Shown one piece after another: positions 1 through 6,971 of a DNA stretch of 21,783 nucleotides (the stretch's first letter is position 1; the number at the start of each line of letters is the position of its first letter). The position numbers were made by a program, and so were the translations under genes. Source of the stretch: Myxococcota bacterium (GTDB lineage: Bacteria; Myxococcota_A; Polyangia; Polyangiales; Sandaracinaceae); NCBI GenBank assembly GCA_036149055.1, contig JAYZQJ010000105.1:1-21783 (forward strand), written 5' to 3'. Below the pieces are notes generated by a model that worked only from the letters and a program-made list of their open reading frames with translations, searched no databases and had not been told where the DNA came from.

Positions 1-165
1 CGCCTTCTTGGCGGTGGTGTTCTTCGCCGGCTTCTTTGCGGTGGTCGTCTTCGCCGCCTTCTTGGCGGTGGTCTTCTTCGCCGCCTTCTTTGCGGTGGTC
101 TTCTTCGCCGCCTTCTTTGCGGTGGTCTTCTTCGCCGCCTTCTTGGCGGTGGCCTTCTTCTTCGC
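1..165. repeat. 27-bp imperfect tandem repeat (about 5-6 copies) encoding AKKAAKKTT
   Basis: Unit ggcggtggtcttcttcgccgccttctt(t/g) recurs with 27-nt period on the + strand. Confidence 0.9.
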
Positions 166-228
166 CGTCTTCTCGGCGGCGGCCTTCGAGGTGCTCTTCT
201 TGCTCGTCTTCTTCTTCGGAGAGGCCAT
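1..228 (-). CDS. Lys/Ala/Thr-rich histone H1-like (AKKA-repeat) protein, N-terminal part; runs off the window edge
   Basis: Not in the ORF track because there is no stop in the window. Manual translation from ATG at 228 gives MASPKKKTSKKSTSKAAAEKTAKKKATAKKAAKKTTAKKAAKKTTAKKAAKKTTAKKAAKTTTAKKPAKNTTAKKA... A GGAG SD-like motif lies 8 nt upstream. Confidence 0.8.
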   Translation of the reverse strand, partial: MASPKKKTSKKSTSKAAAEKTAKKKATAKKAAKKTTAKKAAKKTTAKKAAKKTTAKKAAKTTTAKKPAKNTTAKKA

Positions 229-345
229 GGCGGAAGCTCCCGTGCTCTTTCAGGAGCGCCGGTCATGCCTCAAATGCGGCGTCGCGTCGAGGTCACGCCC
301 GCCTCGCGCCAGCGCAGCGGACGCGGTCGCGACGCGGCGAGGGCG

Positions 346-1815
346 TCAGGAGGCGTGGAGGAGCAGCGCCGAGGCGGTGACGAGCGCTCCCAGCGCCACG
401 ACCGCGAGCCGGAAACCGACCTTGCGGGCGCGGGTCAGGTGGTGCGCGAGCACGCGCTCGGGGTCGCCGACGACCAGGAGCGCGTCCGCGGGGCAGGGGG
501 CGGCGGCGTCGCGGTAGCCCATCACCCCGAGCGGCGCGCTCGAGAGCAGCCTCGCGGGCTGTCGCGCCTCGACCCCGGACAGGCCCGCGCTCGTCAGGCG
601 TTCGAGCGGCACCCGCACCCGTCGCTCCCCGTCGCTGGCCTCGAAGCGCAGCCGCGCGCCGTCGTCGTCCGGCTCGACCCAGCCCTCGAGCGCGTGCGTC
701 CAGCGCCGCAGGAGCCGCAGCTTCGCGCGGACGTGGCCGACCCGGAGGAGCGCGAGGCAGAGCGAGAGCAGCGCCAGCCCGAGGGCCGCGAGCACCGGCG
801 GGGTCGCGGCGAGGCGGAGCTTGGTGACCGGGTCGAGGGGGATCGCGCCGTCGGGCCCCACGTGGGCTTCGAAGCGCCGATCCTCGCCGTCGCAGCGGAG
901 CGTGAGGCGGTCGGGCGCGGTCGCCTCGCTCGCGCAGGCGTCGACCCCCCGCGGGGGGGCGAGCTCGTCCGCCTCCGCGACGGTGACCGGGGCGAGCGGC
1001 GTGCGCGCCTGCTGAGCCCCGAACCTCTCGCGAGTGATCTCGACCGGCTCCCCGGGGAGGGGGCCGCGTCGGTGCGTCCGCGCGAAGTGCCTCGGCTTCG
1101 CCGTCACCGCGCCGACCGCGACGAGCAGGCACACGACGCCGATCCCCGCCGCGGTCAGCACCGGCCTCAGCGGGGCGAGGTGGGTGCCGGTGTCGAGCCG
1201 CCGGGTCAGCCGCGCGTAGCGGGCGGTGAGGACCGCGGCGCTCACCGGCACCGCGAGCGCCCAGAACAGCACCGCGCCGGCGGTCGCGAGGGCCCATGCC
1301 GTCGACGGCTCGCGGAGCAGCGCGGCGGCCCCCCGCACCGCCAGCATCACGGGGGCGAGCAGCGCCGTCGCGACGATCGCGCTCAGCGGGGCGAGCCTCC
1401 CGAAGTCCGCGCCGGCGGCGTCCACCGCCCGCACGACGCCGCCGGTCCATGGCCGCTTCTCTCGCGCGGCTGCGATCGGGACGAAGACGAGCGGCGAGAG
1501 CGCGGCGCCGGCCAGCGGGGTCACGGCCACGAGCGGCCAGCGCTCGGCGAGGGCGGCCGCGCCCACGACGACGCCGCCGAGCAGCATGGCCAGCGCCACC
1601 GAGAAGACGCCCGCGCTCACCCGGATGCCGCGTGGTGCCCCGGCGCGCTCGGCGAGCTGCTCGAGGAGCCAGGCGGAGCCCACGGTCATGATCAGCGCGC
1701 CCGCGCCGCACGCGGGGAGCAGCACCACGCCGAGGGCGATCTGGAAGGTCGCCAGCGGCACGTTCCGCGCGCGCAGCAGCTCCCGGACCGTCGGGACCGG
1801 ACGCGGTTCGCTCAT
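346..1815 (-). CDS. Polytopic membrane protein, hypothetical (paralog A, 489 aa)
   Basis: Only the C-terminal part of the 346..3399 ORF (from MSEPRPVPTV) has normal composition and many TM helices. The start overlaps the upstream stop as ATGA at 1812-1815. Confidence 0.85.
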   Translation of the reverse strand: MSEPRPVPTVRELLRARNVPLATFQIALGVVLLPACGAGALIMTVGSAWLLEQLAERAGAPRGIRVSAGVFSVALAMLLGGVVVGAAALAERWPLVAVTPLAGAALSPLVFVPIAAAREKRPWTGGVVRAVDAAGADFGRLAPLSAIVATALLAPVMLAVRGAAALLREPSTAWALATAGAVLFWALAVPVSAAVLTARYARLTRRLDTGTHLAPLRPVLTAAGIGVVCLLVAVGAVTAKPRHFARTHRRGPLPGEPVEITRERFGAQQARTPLAPVTVAEADELAPPRGVDACASEATAPDRLTLRCDGEDRRFEAHVGPDGAIPLDPVTKLRLAATPPVLAALGLALLSLCLALLRVGHVRAKLRLLRRWTHALEGWVEPDDDGARLRFEASDGERRVRVPLERLTSAGLSGVEARQPARLLSSAPLGVMGYRDAAAPCPADALLVVGDPERVLAHHLTRARKVGFRLAVVALGALVTASALLLHAS

Positions 1816-3320
1816 GAGGCCATCACGACGTCCAGCAGGAGCAGCGTGGCCGCGCAGGCGAGCGAGCCGAGGGTGACCACCGCGAGCCGGAAGCCGATGC
1901 GGCGCGCTCGCTGCATCTGTCGCGCGAGCGCCTCTTCGCGCCCGCCGAGGACGAGGAGCGCGTGCGGCGGGCAGGGCGCGTGCGCGCCTCGGTAACCCAT
2001 CGCGGCGATCGGCTCGACCGACACCAGCGTCGCCGGAGAGCGCGGGCCGGGGTGAGCGTCGTCCGCGCTCGCGAGCCGGGCCCACGGCACGTGAACGCGG
2101 CGCGCCCCGTCGGCCGCCTCGAAGCGGAGCGGGCCGTCGTCGTCCGGCGCCTCGACCCATCCCTCGAGCGTGTGCGGCGGGCGGAGCAGGAGCCTCAGCT
2201 TCACGCCGAGGCGGCCGAGGCGGTAGAGCGCCAGCGCCAGCGACAGGAGCGCGAGGGTGAGCGCGACGATCACCGGCGCGGTGGCGACCTCGCTCACCGC
2301 CGCGACCGGGTCGAGCGGGATCGCGCCGCGCCGGTCGATCCGCACCTCGAACCGCCGGTCGCCCGCGTCGCAGCGGACGGTGGCCTCGGCGCCGGCCGCC
2401 TCGTACGCGCAGGCGGTCAGGCGATCGCGCGAGAGAGCGAGGCGCTCGCCGCCGACGTAGAGCGCGTTCCAGTCCGCACGCACCACGTGCGGGCCCTCCC
2501 ATTCGATCGAGCCGCGCAGCGGCGCGCCGGCCAGCGGTCCGTCCCGATCCATCGACCGCGCGTACCGGGGCGCGCTCAGCGAGACCGCTCCCGCGACCGC
2601 CAGGCAGAGGCCGCCGACCAGGGCCGCGCCGATCACCGGGGTCACGGCGCCGCCCAGCCGGGTGGGAGCGTCGTGTCGCCGGACGAGCCGGAGGTAGCGC
2701 GTAGTGAGCACGGCCCCGCTCACCGGCACCGCGACCATCCAGACCACGAACGAGGCGCCGCTCACCAGGAGCCACGCCGCCGACCCCCCGAAGACGCCGC
2801 GGGCGAGGGCCGCCGGCAGGAGCGGCACGGGCACGAGCAGGAGGACGGCGATCAGCGCGCAGAGCGGGGCCAGCCGGCTCAGCGCGTCGCCTCCGGCCAC
2901 GTCGATGGCCCGAGTGAGGCCCTCGCGCAGCGGGCGCTCGGACTGGGCGGCCGCGATCGGCGCGTAGGCGAGCGGCGCGAGCGCGGCGCCCATCAGCGCG
3001 GCGCCGACGGTGAACGCCACCGCCGACCGCCAGAGGTCTTCGGGGGCGACGAAGACGCCGAGGGAGGCGGCGAGGCCGAGCAGGGTGGCGAGCCCGAGCG
3101 CCAGCAGCCCCGGGCCGAGGTACGCCCGCACCGGGGCGCCGGCCGCCGCGGCCAGCTCGCCCAGCAGCGCGCCGGAGCCGAAGACGATCGGGATCAGGCC
3201 GGCGCCGAGCGCCGGGAGCAGCGCGACGCCCACGCCGATGAAGAGGGTCGAGAGGACCACCGGCACGCGCCGCGCTCGGAGCACCTCCCACACGCCCGGG
3301 ACGTCGTGCGCTTCGTCCAT
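1812..3320 (-). CDS. Polytopic membrane protein, hypothetical (paralog B, about 502 aa)
   Basis: Multiple TM helices. Collinear similarity to the 346..1815 product (DRRFE...GAIPLDPV, LEGWVE.DDDG..LRFEA.DG.RRV.VP, MGYR.A.APCP..ALLV, GFRLAVV.LG). Start placed at ATG 3320 because TGcTACCTT sits 7 nt upstream; alternatives are 3326 and 3329. Confidence 0.85.
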   Translation of the reverse strand: MDEAHDVPGVWEVLRARRVPVVLSTLFIGVGVALLPALGAGLIPIVFGSGALLGELAAAAGAPVRAYLGPGLLALGLATLLGLAASLGVFVAPEDLWRSAVAFTVGAALMGAALAPLAYAPIAAAQSERPLREGLTRAIDVAGGDALSRLAPLCALIAVLLLVPVPLLPAALARGVFGGSAAWLLVSGASFVVWMVAVPVSGAVLTTRYLRLVRRHDAPTRLGGAVTPVIGAALVGGLCLAVAGAVSLSAPRYARSMDRDGPLAGAPLRGSIEWEGPHVVRADWNALYVGGERLALSRDRLTACAYEAAGAEATVRCDAGDRRFEVRIDRRGAIPLDPVAAVSEVATAPVIVALTLALLSLALALYRLGRLGVKLRLLLRPPHTLEGWVEAPDDDGPLRFEAADGARRVHVPWARLASADDAHPGPRSPATLVSVEPIAAMGYRGAHAPCPPHALLVLGGREEALARQMQRARRIGFRLAVVTLGSLACAATLLLLDVVMAS

Positions 3321-3482
3321 CCCCATCAAGGTAGCAGCAATGAACGTTGCGAGCGATCAGAGGAGGGCGAGCAGCGCGCTCGAGGCGAAGAGCAGGCACG
3401 CGGCGGCCCCCGCGCGCCCGGGGAAAGCGACTCTACGCGGCTCGCATGGCGCCGCTCGCCCCGATCCGCTACTCGACGGGCC

Positions 3483-4760
3483 ATGAAGGTCATGGTCATC
3501 GGCAGCGGCGCGCGGGAGCACGCGCTCGCTTGGAAGCTGGCCCGCTCGCCGCAGGTGGAGGCGGTGCTCTGCGCGCCGGGGAACGCCGGCACGGCGAGGG
3601 TGGGCAGGAACCTGCCCGAGGTGGGGGCGACCGATGTCCATGCGGTGGTGGCGGCGGCGAAGGCGGAGGCGGTGGGCCTCGTGGTCGTCGGGCCCGAGGC
3701 CCCCCTCGCGGCCGGGCTGGTAGACGCCCTCGCGGACGCGAATGTTCCGACGTTCGGGCCGACGAAGGCCGCCGCGCGTCTCGAGGCCTCGAAGGGCTTC
3801 GCGAAGGACTTCATGAAGCGCTTCGCGATCCCCACCGCGGCCTACGGCACCTTCGACGACGCCGAGGCGGCCAAGGCGTTCGTGCGCGAGCGGGGCGAGC
3901 CGATGGTCGTGAAGGCGGACGGGCTCGCGGCCGGCAAGGGCGTCGTGGTCGCCGAGACGGTCGAGGAGACCTGCGCGGCCATCGACGAGATGCTGGTCGA
4001 CGCGCGCTTCGGCGCGGCGGGCGCCACGGTGGTGGTGGAGGAGCGCCTGGTCGGCCCGGAGGTCAGCTTCCACGCGATCTGCGACGGCGAGCGCTACGTG
4101 GCCCTCGCCGCGGCCCAGGATCACAAGCGGCTCGGCGACGGCGACGAGGGCCCGAACACCGGCGGCATGGGCGCCTACTCGCCGCCGCCGATGGTCACCC
4201 CCGAGATCGAGGCCGCGATTCGCGAGCAGGTCGTCGCGCCCACGCTCGCCGGCATGAAGGAGCTCGGCTGCCCCTTCCGGGGCGCGCTCTTCGTCGGGCT
4301 GATGATCGTGGACGGCGCGCCGAAGGTGCTCGAGTACAACGTGCGCTTCGGCGACCCGGAGACCGAGGTGCTCATGGCGCGGTGGGACGGCGACGTGCTC
4401 CCGCTCCTGCTCGGATCGGCCCGCGGCGATCTCTCGGGCGTGCAGCCGCGCTGGGGCGCGCCGGCCGCGCTCTCGGTGGTGATGGCGTCGGAGGGCTACC
4501 CGGGCCGCTACCCGAAGGGCCGGGTGATCGAGGGGCTCGACGCCGCGAACGGCCTCGAGGGCGTGGTGGTGTTCGAGGCCGGGACGACGCGTGACGGCGA
4601 CGCGACGGTGACCAGCGGCGGCCGGGTCCTCTGCGTGACCGCCACCGGCGCCGATGTGCGCGAGGCCGCCGCGAGGGCCTACGCGGGGGTCGACGCGATC
4701 CGGTTCGAGGGCGCGCAGCACCGTCGTGACATCGGATGGCAGGCGCGTGGCGATGCTTGA
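3483..4760 (+). CDS. purD: Phosphoribosylamine--glycine ligase (GAR synthetase)
   Basis: MKVMVIGSGAREHALAWKL, APGNAG, VVGPEAPL, LEASKGFAKDFM, VKADGLAAGKGV, QDHKR..DGD.GPNTGGMGAY, LEYNVRFGDPE, TSGGRVL motifs. Confidence 0.98.
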   Translation: MKVMVIGSGAREHALAWKLARSPQVEAVLCAPGNAGTARVGRNLPEVGATDVHAVVAAAKAEAVGLVVVGPEAPLAAGLVDALADANVPTFGPTKAAARLEASKGFAKDFMKRFAIPTAAYGTFDDAEAAKAFVRERGEPMVVKADGLAAGKGVVVAETVEETCAAIDEMLVDARFGAAGATVVVEERLVGPEVSFHAICDGERYVALAAAQDHKRLGDGDEGPNTGGMGAYSPPPMVTPEIEAAIREQVVAPTLAGMKELGCPFRGALFVGLMIVDGAPKVLEYNVRFGDPETEVLMARWDGDVLPLLLGSARGDLSGVQPRWGAPAALSVVMASEGYPGRYPKGRVIEGLDAANGLEGVVVFEAGTTRDGDATVTSGGRVLCVTATGADVREAAARAYAGVDAIRFEGAQHRRDIGWQARGDA

Positions 4761-4776
4761 TGTATCCTCCGGCGCC

Positions 4777-5010
4777 GTGAGCCGCCGTGACCGCATCGAC
4801 GAGGTCGTCTCGACCATCCTCGTGCCCCTCCTCGAGAAGGACGGGGCCACGATCGAGATCGTGGGCTTCGAGGGCTCCGTCCTGACCCTGAAGCTGGGCG
4901 GCACCCTCTCCGGCGACCCGAGCGCCGCCTACGTGAAGCGCGGCGTCATCGAGCCCGCCATCCAGCACGCCGCCGGTCGGGACGTGGAGATCGTCTACGA
5001 GCGGGGTTGA
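4777..5010 (+). CDS. NifU/Nfu C-terminal-like domain protein lacking the CxxC motif
   Basis: ILVPLLEKDGATIEIVGFEGSVLTLKLGGTLSGDPSA matches the Nfu pattern (I.P.L..DGG..E.V......V...L.GAC.GCPS) with both Cys replaced. Start is GTG 4777 (TATCCT 8 nt upstream) or ATG 4753. Confidence 0.75.
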   Translation: MSRRDRIDEVVSTILVPLLEKDGATIEIVGFEGSVLTLKLGGTLSGDPSAAYVKRGVIEPAIQHAAGRDVEIVYERG

Positions 5011-5019
5011 CCTTCTCTT

Positions 5020-5049
5020 TTGACAGCCGAGATCGAGCTCGGGTACACC
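5020..5049 (+). promoter_or_regulatory. Putative sigma70-type promoter TTGACA-N18-TACACC
   Basis: Perfect TTGACA at 5020-5025 and -10-like TACACC at 5044-5049, ending 6 nt before GTG 5056. Confidence 0.55.
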
Positions 5050-5055
5050 AGCATC

Positions 5056-5319
5056 GTGGCGCTCATCGAGACCGAAGAAGCCGCCCGGCGTCTCGCCCGG
5101 GCCATCGCCAGCGACCTCTCCCTCTACAACGAGGAGAAGATCGTGCAGGGCATCCAGGGCGACAACCTCTTCGACGCGCTCGCCGAGGAGATCGAGGAGG
5201 GCAGGGCGCTCTTCAAGAGCCGCGTCGCCCCCGAGCTCTACTCGAAGAACTTCTACGACCGCGCCATCATCGACATCCTGGTCCGCTCCAAGGGCCACGT
5301 TCAGTCGAAGCTCTGGTAG
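5056..5319 (+). CDS. Small conserved helical protein (ARRLARAIASDLSLYN type), function unknown
   Basis: Strong coding codon bias. Motif ARRLARxIxSDxxLYNxxK...LxEEIEEGRxxFxxRV is recalled from Myxococcota/Deltaproteobacteria proteins. GTG 5056 preferred over the ORF-track TTG 5020, which coincides with the TTGACA box. Confidence 0.8.
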   Translation: MALIETEEAARRLARAIASDLSLYNEEKIVQGIQGDNLFDALAEEIEEGRALFKSRVAPELYSKNFYDRAIIDILVRSKGHVQSKLW

Positions 5320-6252
5320 TTGGTCGAGGCCTACGTCGTCCGCCCCGACGAGGAGGGCGAGCGCCTCGACCGCATCCTCGCCGCGCGCGATCCGGACCGC
5401 TCCCGCTCCACCCTCAAGCGGTGGATCGACGAGGGGCGCGTCACCGTCGACGGCGCGGTCGCGAAGCCGAAGGACAAGCCGAGCGCCGGCCAGCGCATCG
5501 AGGTGCGGCCCGCGCCGCCCCAGACCACCGACGCGATCCCGCAGGACCTCCCGCTCGAGGTCCTCTACGAGGACGCCCAGGTCATCGTGGTGAACAAGGC
5601 CGCCGGCATGGTGGTGCACCCGGGCGCCGGGCACCCCGACGGCACCCTCGTCAACGCGCTCCTGCACCACTTCGGGGCCCTGCCCGGCGACGACCCCGAG
5701 CGGCCCGGCATCGTGCACCGCCTCGACGCGCTGACCAGCGGGGTGATGGTCGTCGCCCGCAGCGATCTCGCGAAGGCGCGGCTCCAGGCGCAGCTGAGCG
5801 CCCACGACGTCGAGCGCGCCTACCTCGCGATCGCCCTCGGCGCGGTGGCGGGGCAGACCTTCGAGACCCTGCACGGCCGCCACCCTCGGGACCGCAAGCG
5901 CTTCAGCGGGCAGGTCAAGCGAGGCAAGCGCGCCGTGACCCACGTCGAGCCGCTCGAGCCGCTGCACGGCGCGACCCTCGTGCGCTGCACCCTCGAGACC
6001 GGCCGCACCCACCAGATCCGCGTGCACCTCGCCGAGGCGGGGCACCCCCTGCTCGGCGATCCGGTCTACGGGCGCCGCCCCAAGGACGCGCGGCTCCGGA
6101 GGGCCCACGACGCGCTGGCGAGGCAGGCGCTCCACGCCGCGGTGCTCGGGTTCGAGCACCCGGAGACCGGCGAGACGATCCGCTTCGAGGCCGCGCCGCC
6201 GCCCGACTTCCAGGCGGCGCTCGACGCGCTCAGAGGCCCAGGCGCTCCATGA
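5320..6252 (+). CDS. rluD: RluA-family 23S rRNA pseudouridine synthase with S4 domain (RluD-like)
   Basis: GERLDRIL S4 domain, VVNKAAGMVVHPGAGH, RPGIVHRLD with catalytic Asp, LETGRTHQIRVH, GDPVYG, RQALHA. Confidence 0.93.
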   Translation: MVEAYVVRPDEEGERLDRILAARDPDRSRSTLKRWIDEGRVTVDGAVAKPKDKPSAGQRIEVRPAPPQTTDAIPQDLPLEVLYEDAQVIVVNKAAGMVVHPGAGHPDGTLVNALLHHFGALPGDDPERPGIVHRLDALTSGVMVVARSDLAKARLQAQLSAHDVERAYLAIALGAVAGQTFETLHGRHPRDRKRFSGQVKRGKRAVTHVEPLEPLHGATLVRCTLETGRTHQIRVHLAEAGHPLLGDPVYGRRPKDARLRRAHDALARQALHAAVLGFEHPETGETIRFEAAPPPDFQAALDALRGPGAP

Positions 6253-6880
6253 GCCCCTTGGCGTTCGACTCCATGTCGATGTTCCGGAACACGCAGTAGG
6301 TGTCCTCGGCCTGCGAGCGCTTGCAGACGTCGGCGATCTGGTCGAGCGCGTCGTCGTCGTAGCGGGAGCGGTGACCGGCCGGGCCGGGGAGGGTGAGGTA
6401 GGCGGTCTTGCCGGGCCCGGGCGCCTCGGCGAGCGCCAGCGGGTCGAAGGCGCCGATCGCGCCGGTCGCCTCGCAGAGCTTGTCGATCTGCGCCTTCTTC
6501 CAGTGCGGCGCGTCGATCACCGCCTGGGGCGCGCCGGCCGGGAGGCTCGAGAGCGCCTTCTTCATGCGCGTCGTGACCGAGCGGTTGTGCGCGACCTCCT
6601 CCGGGATGCGGAAGACGAGCGCGCGCGCCTCGAGCTTCTTGCAGAACGACAGGATGTTCTTGAGCGCCCCGTCGGTCTCGCTCGCCCCGAAGCCGCTCGC
6701 GCCGATCTCGGCCGGCGCCAGCGCCGTGAACACGAACCCGTCCGGCGCCTCGCGCTGCCAGCGCCGGAGCGTACCGGTGCCGGGGATGCCGATCTCCGTG
6801 TCGGAGATCTCGACCGCCTCGAGCTCTTGCAGATACCGGCTGACCGCGATCGGGAAGCCGGAGCACGCCACCACGAACAT
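6230..6880 (-). CDS. DUF72 (YecE-like TIM barrel) family protein, divergent
   Basis: ACSGF, AVEISDT, RRWQREAPDGFVF, RSRYDDDAL, YCVFRNIDMESNA follow the order of DUF72 motifs. Overlaps the rluD end convergently by 23 bp. Confidence 0.75.
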   Translation of the reverse strand: MFVVACSGFPIAVSRYLQELEAVEISDTEIGIPGTGTLRRWQREAPDGFVFTALAPAEIGASGFGASETDGALKNILSFCKKLEARALVFRIPEEVAHNRSVTTRMKKALSSLPAGAPQAVIDAPHWKKAQIDKLCEATGAIGAFDPLALAEAPGPGKTAYLTLPGPAGHRSRYDDDALDQIADVCKRSQAEDTYCVFRNIDMESNAKGLMERLGL

Positions 6881-6971
6881 GCGGCGCAGGGTACAGAAAC
6901 CCGAGACGATCTCACAGGGGGGATCATCGAGGACTATCGCTCGGGCTATCGCGTCCGCTACGATGGGCGCA

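Noticed and set aside
1..165. 27-bp repeats as a CRISPR array
   Set aside because: Head-to-tail with no spacers, in frame within a CDS, and no cas genes.
8..517. 169-aa plus-strand ORF with VVFFAAF repeats resembling a membrane protein
   Set aside because: Antisense shadow of the Lys/Ala repeat gene on the minus strand, which has an SD and typical codons.
346..3399. 1017-aa ORF suggesting one giant gene or a programmed frameshift fusing the paralogs
   Set aside because: The part upstream of 1815 is Arg/Gly/Pro-rich off-frame sequence. The ATGA overlap explains the layout, and I saw no slippery site.
1962..3482. Long N-terminal extensions on purD, and similarly on the OmpA, 8705 lipoprotein and ACAD1 ORFs
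   Set aside because: They overlap real genes, and the family N-termini or signal peptides begin at the later starts.
3334..3482. Possible purine/ZTP riboswitch upstream of purD
   Set aside because: No recognisable consensus by eye, and purD appears leaderless. An Rfam scan would settle it.
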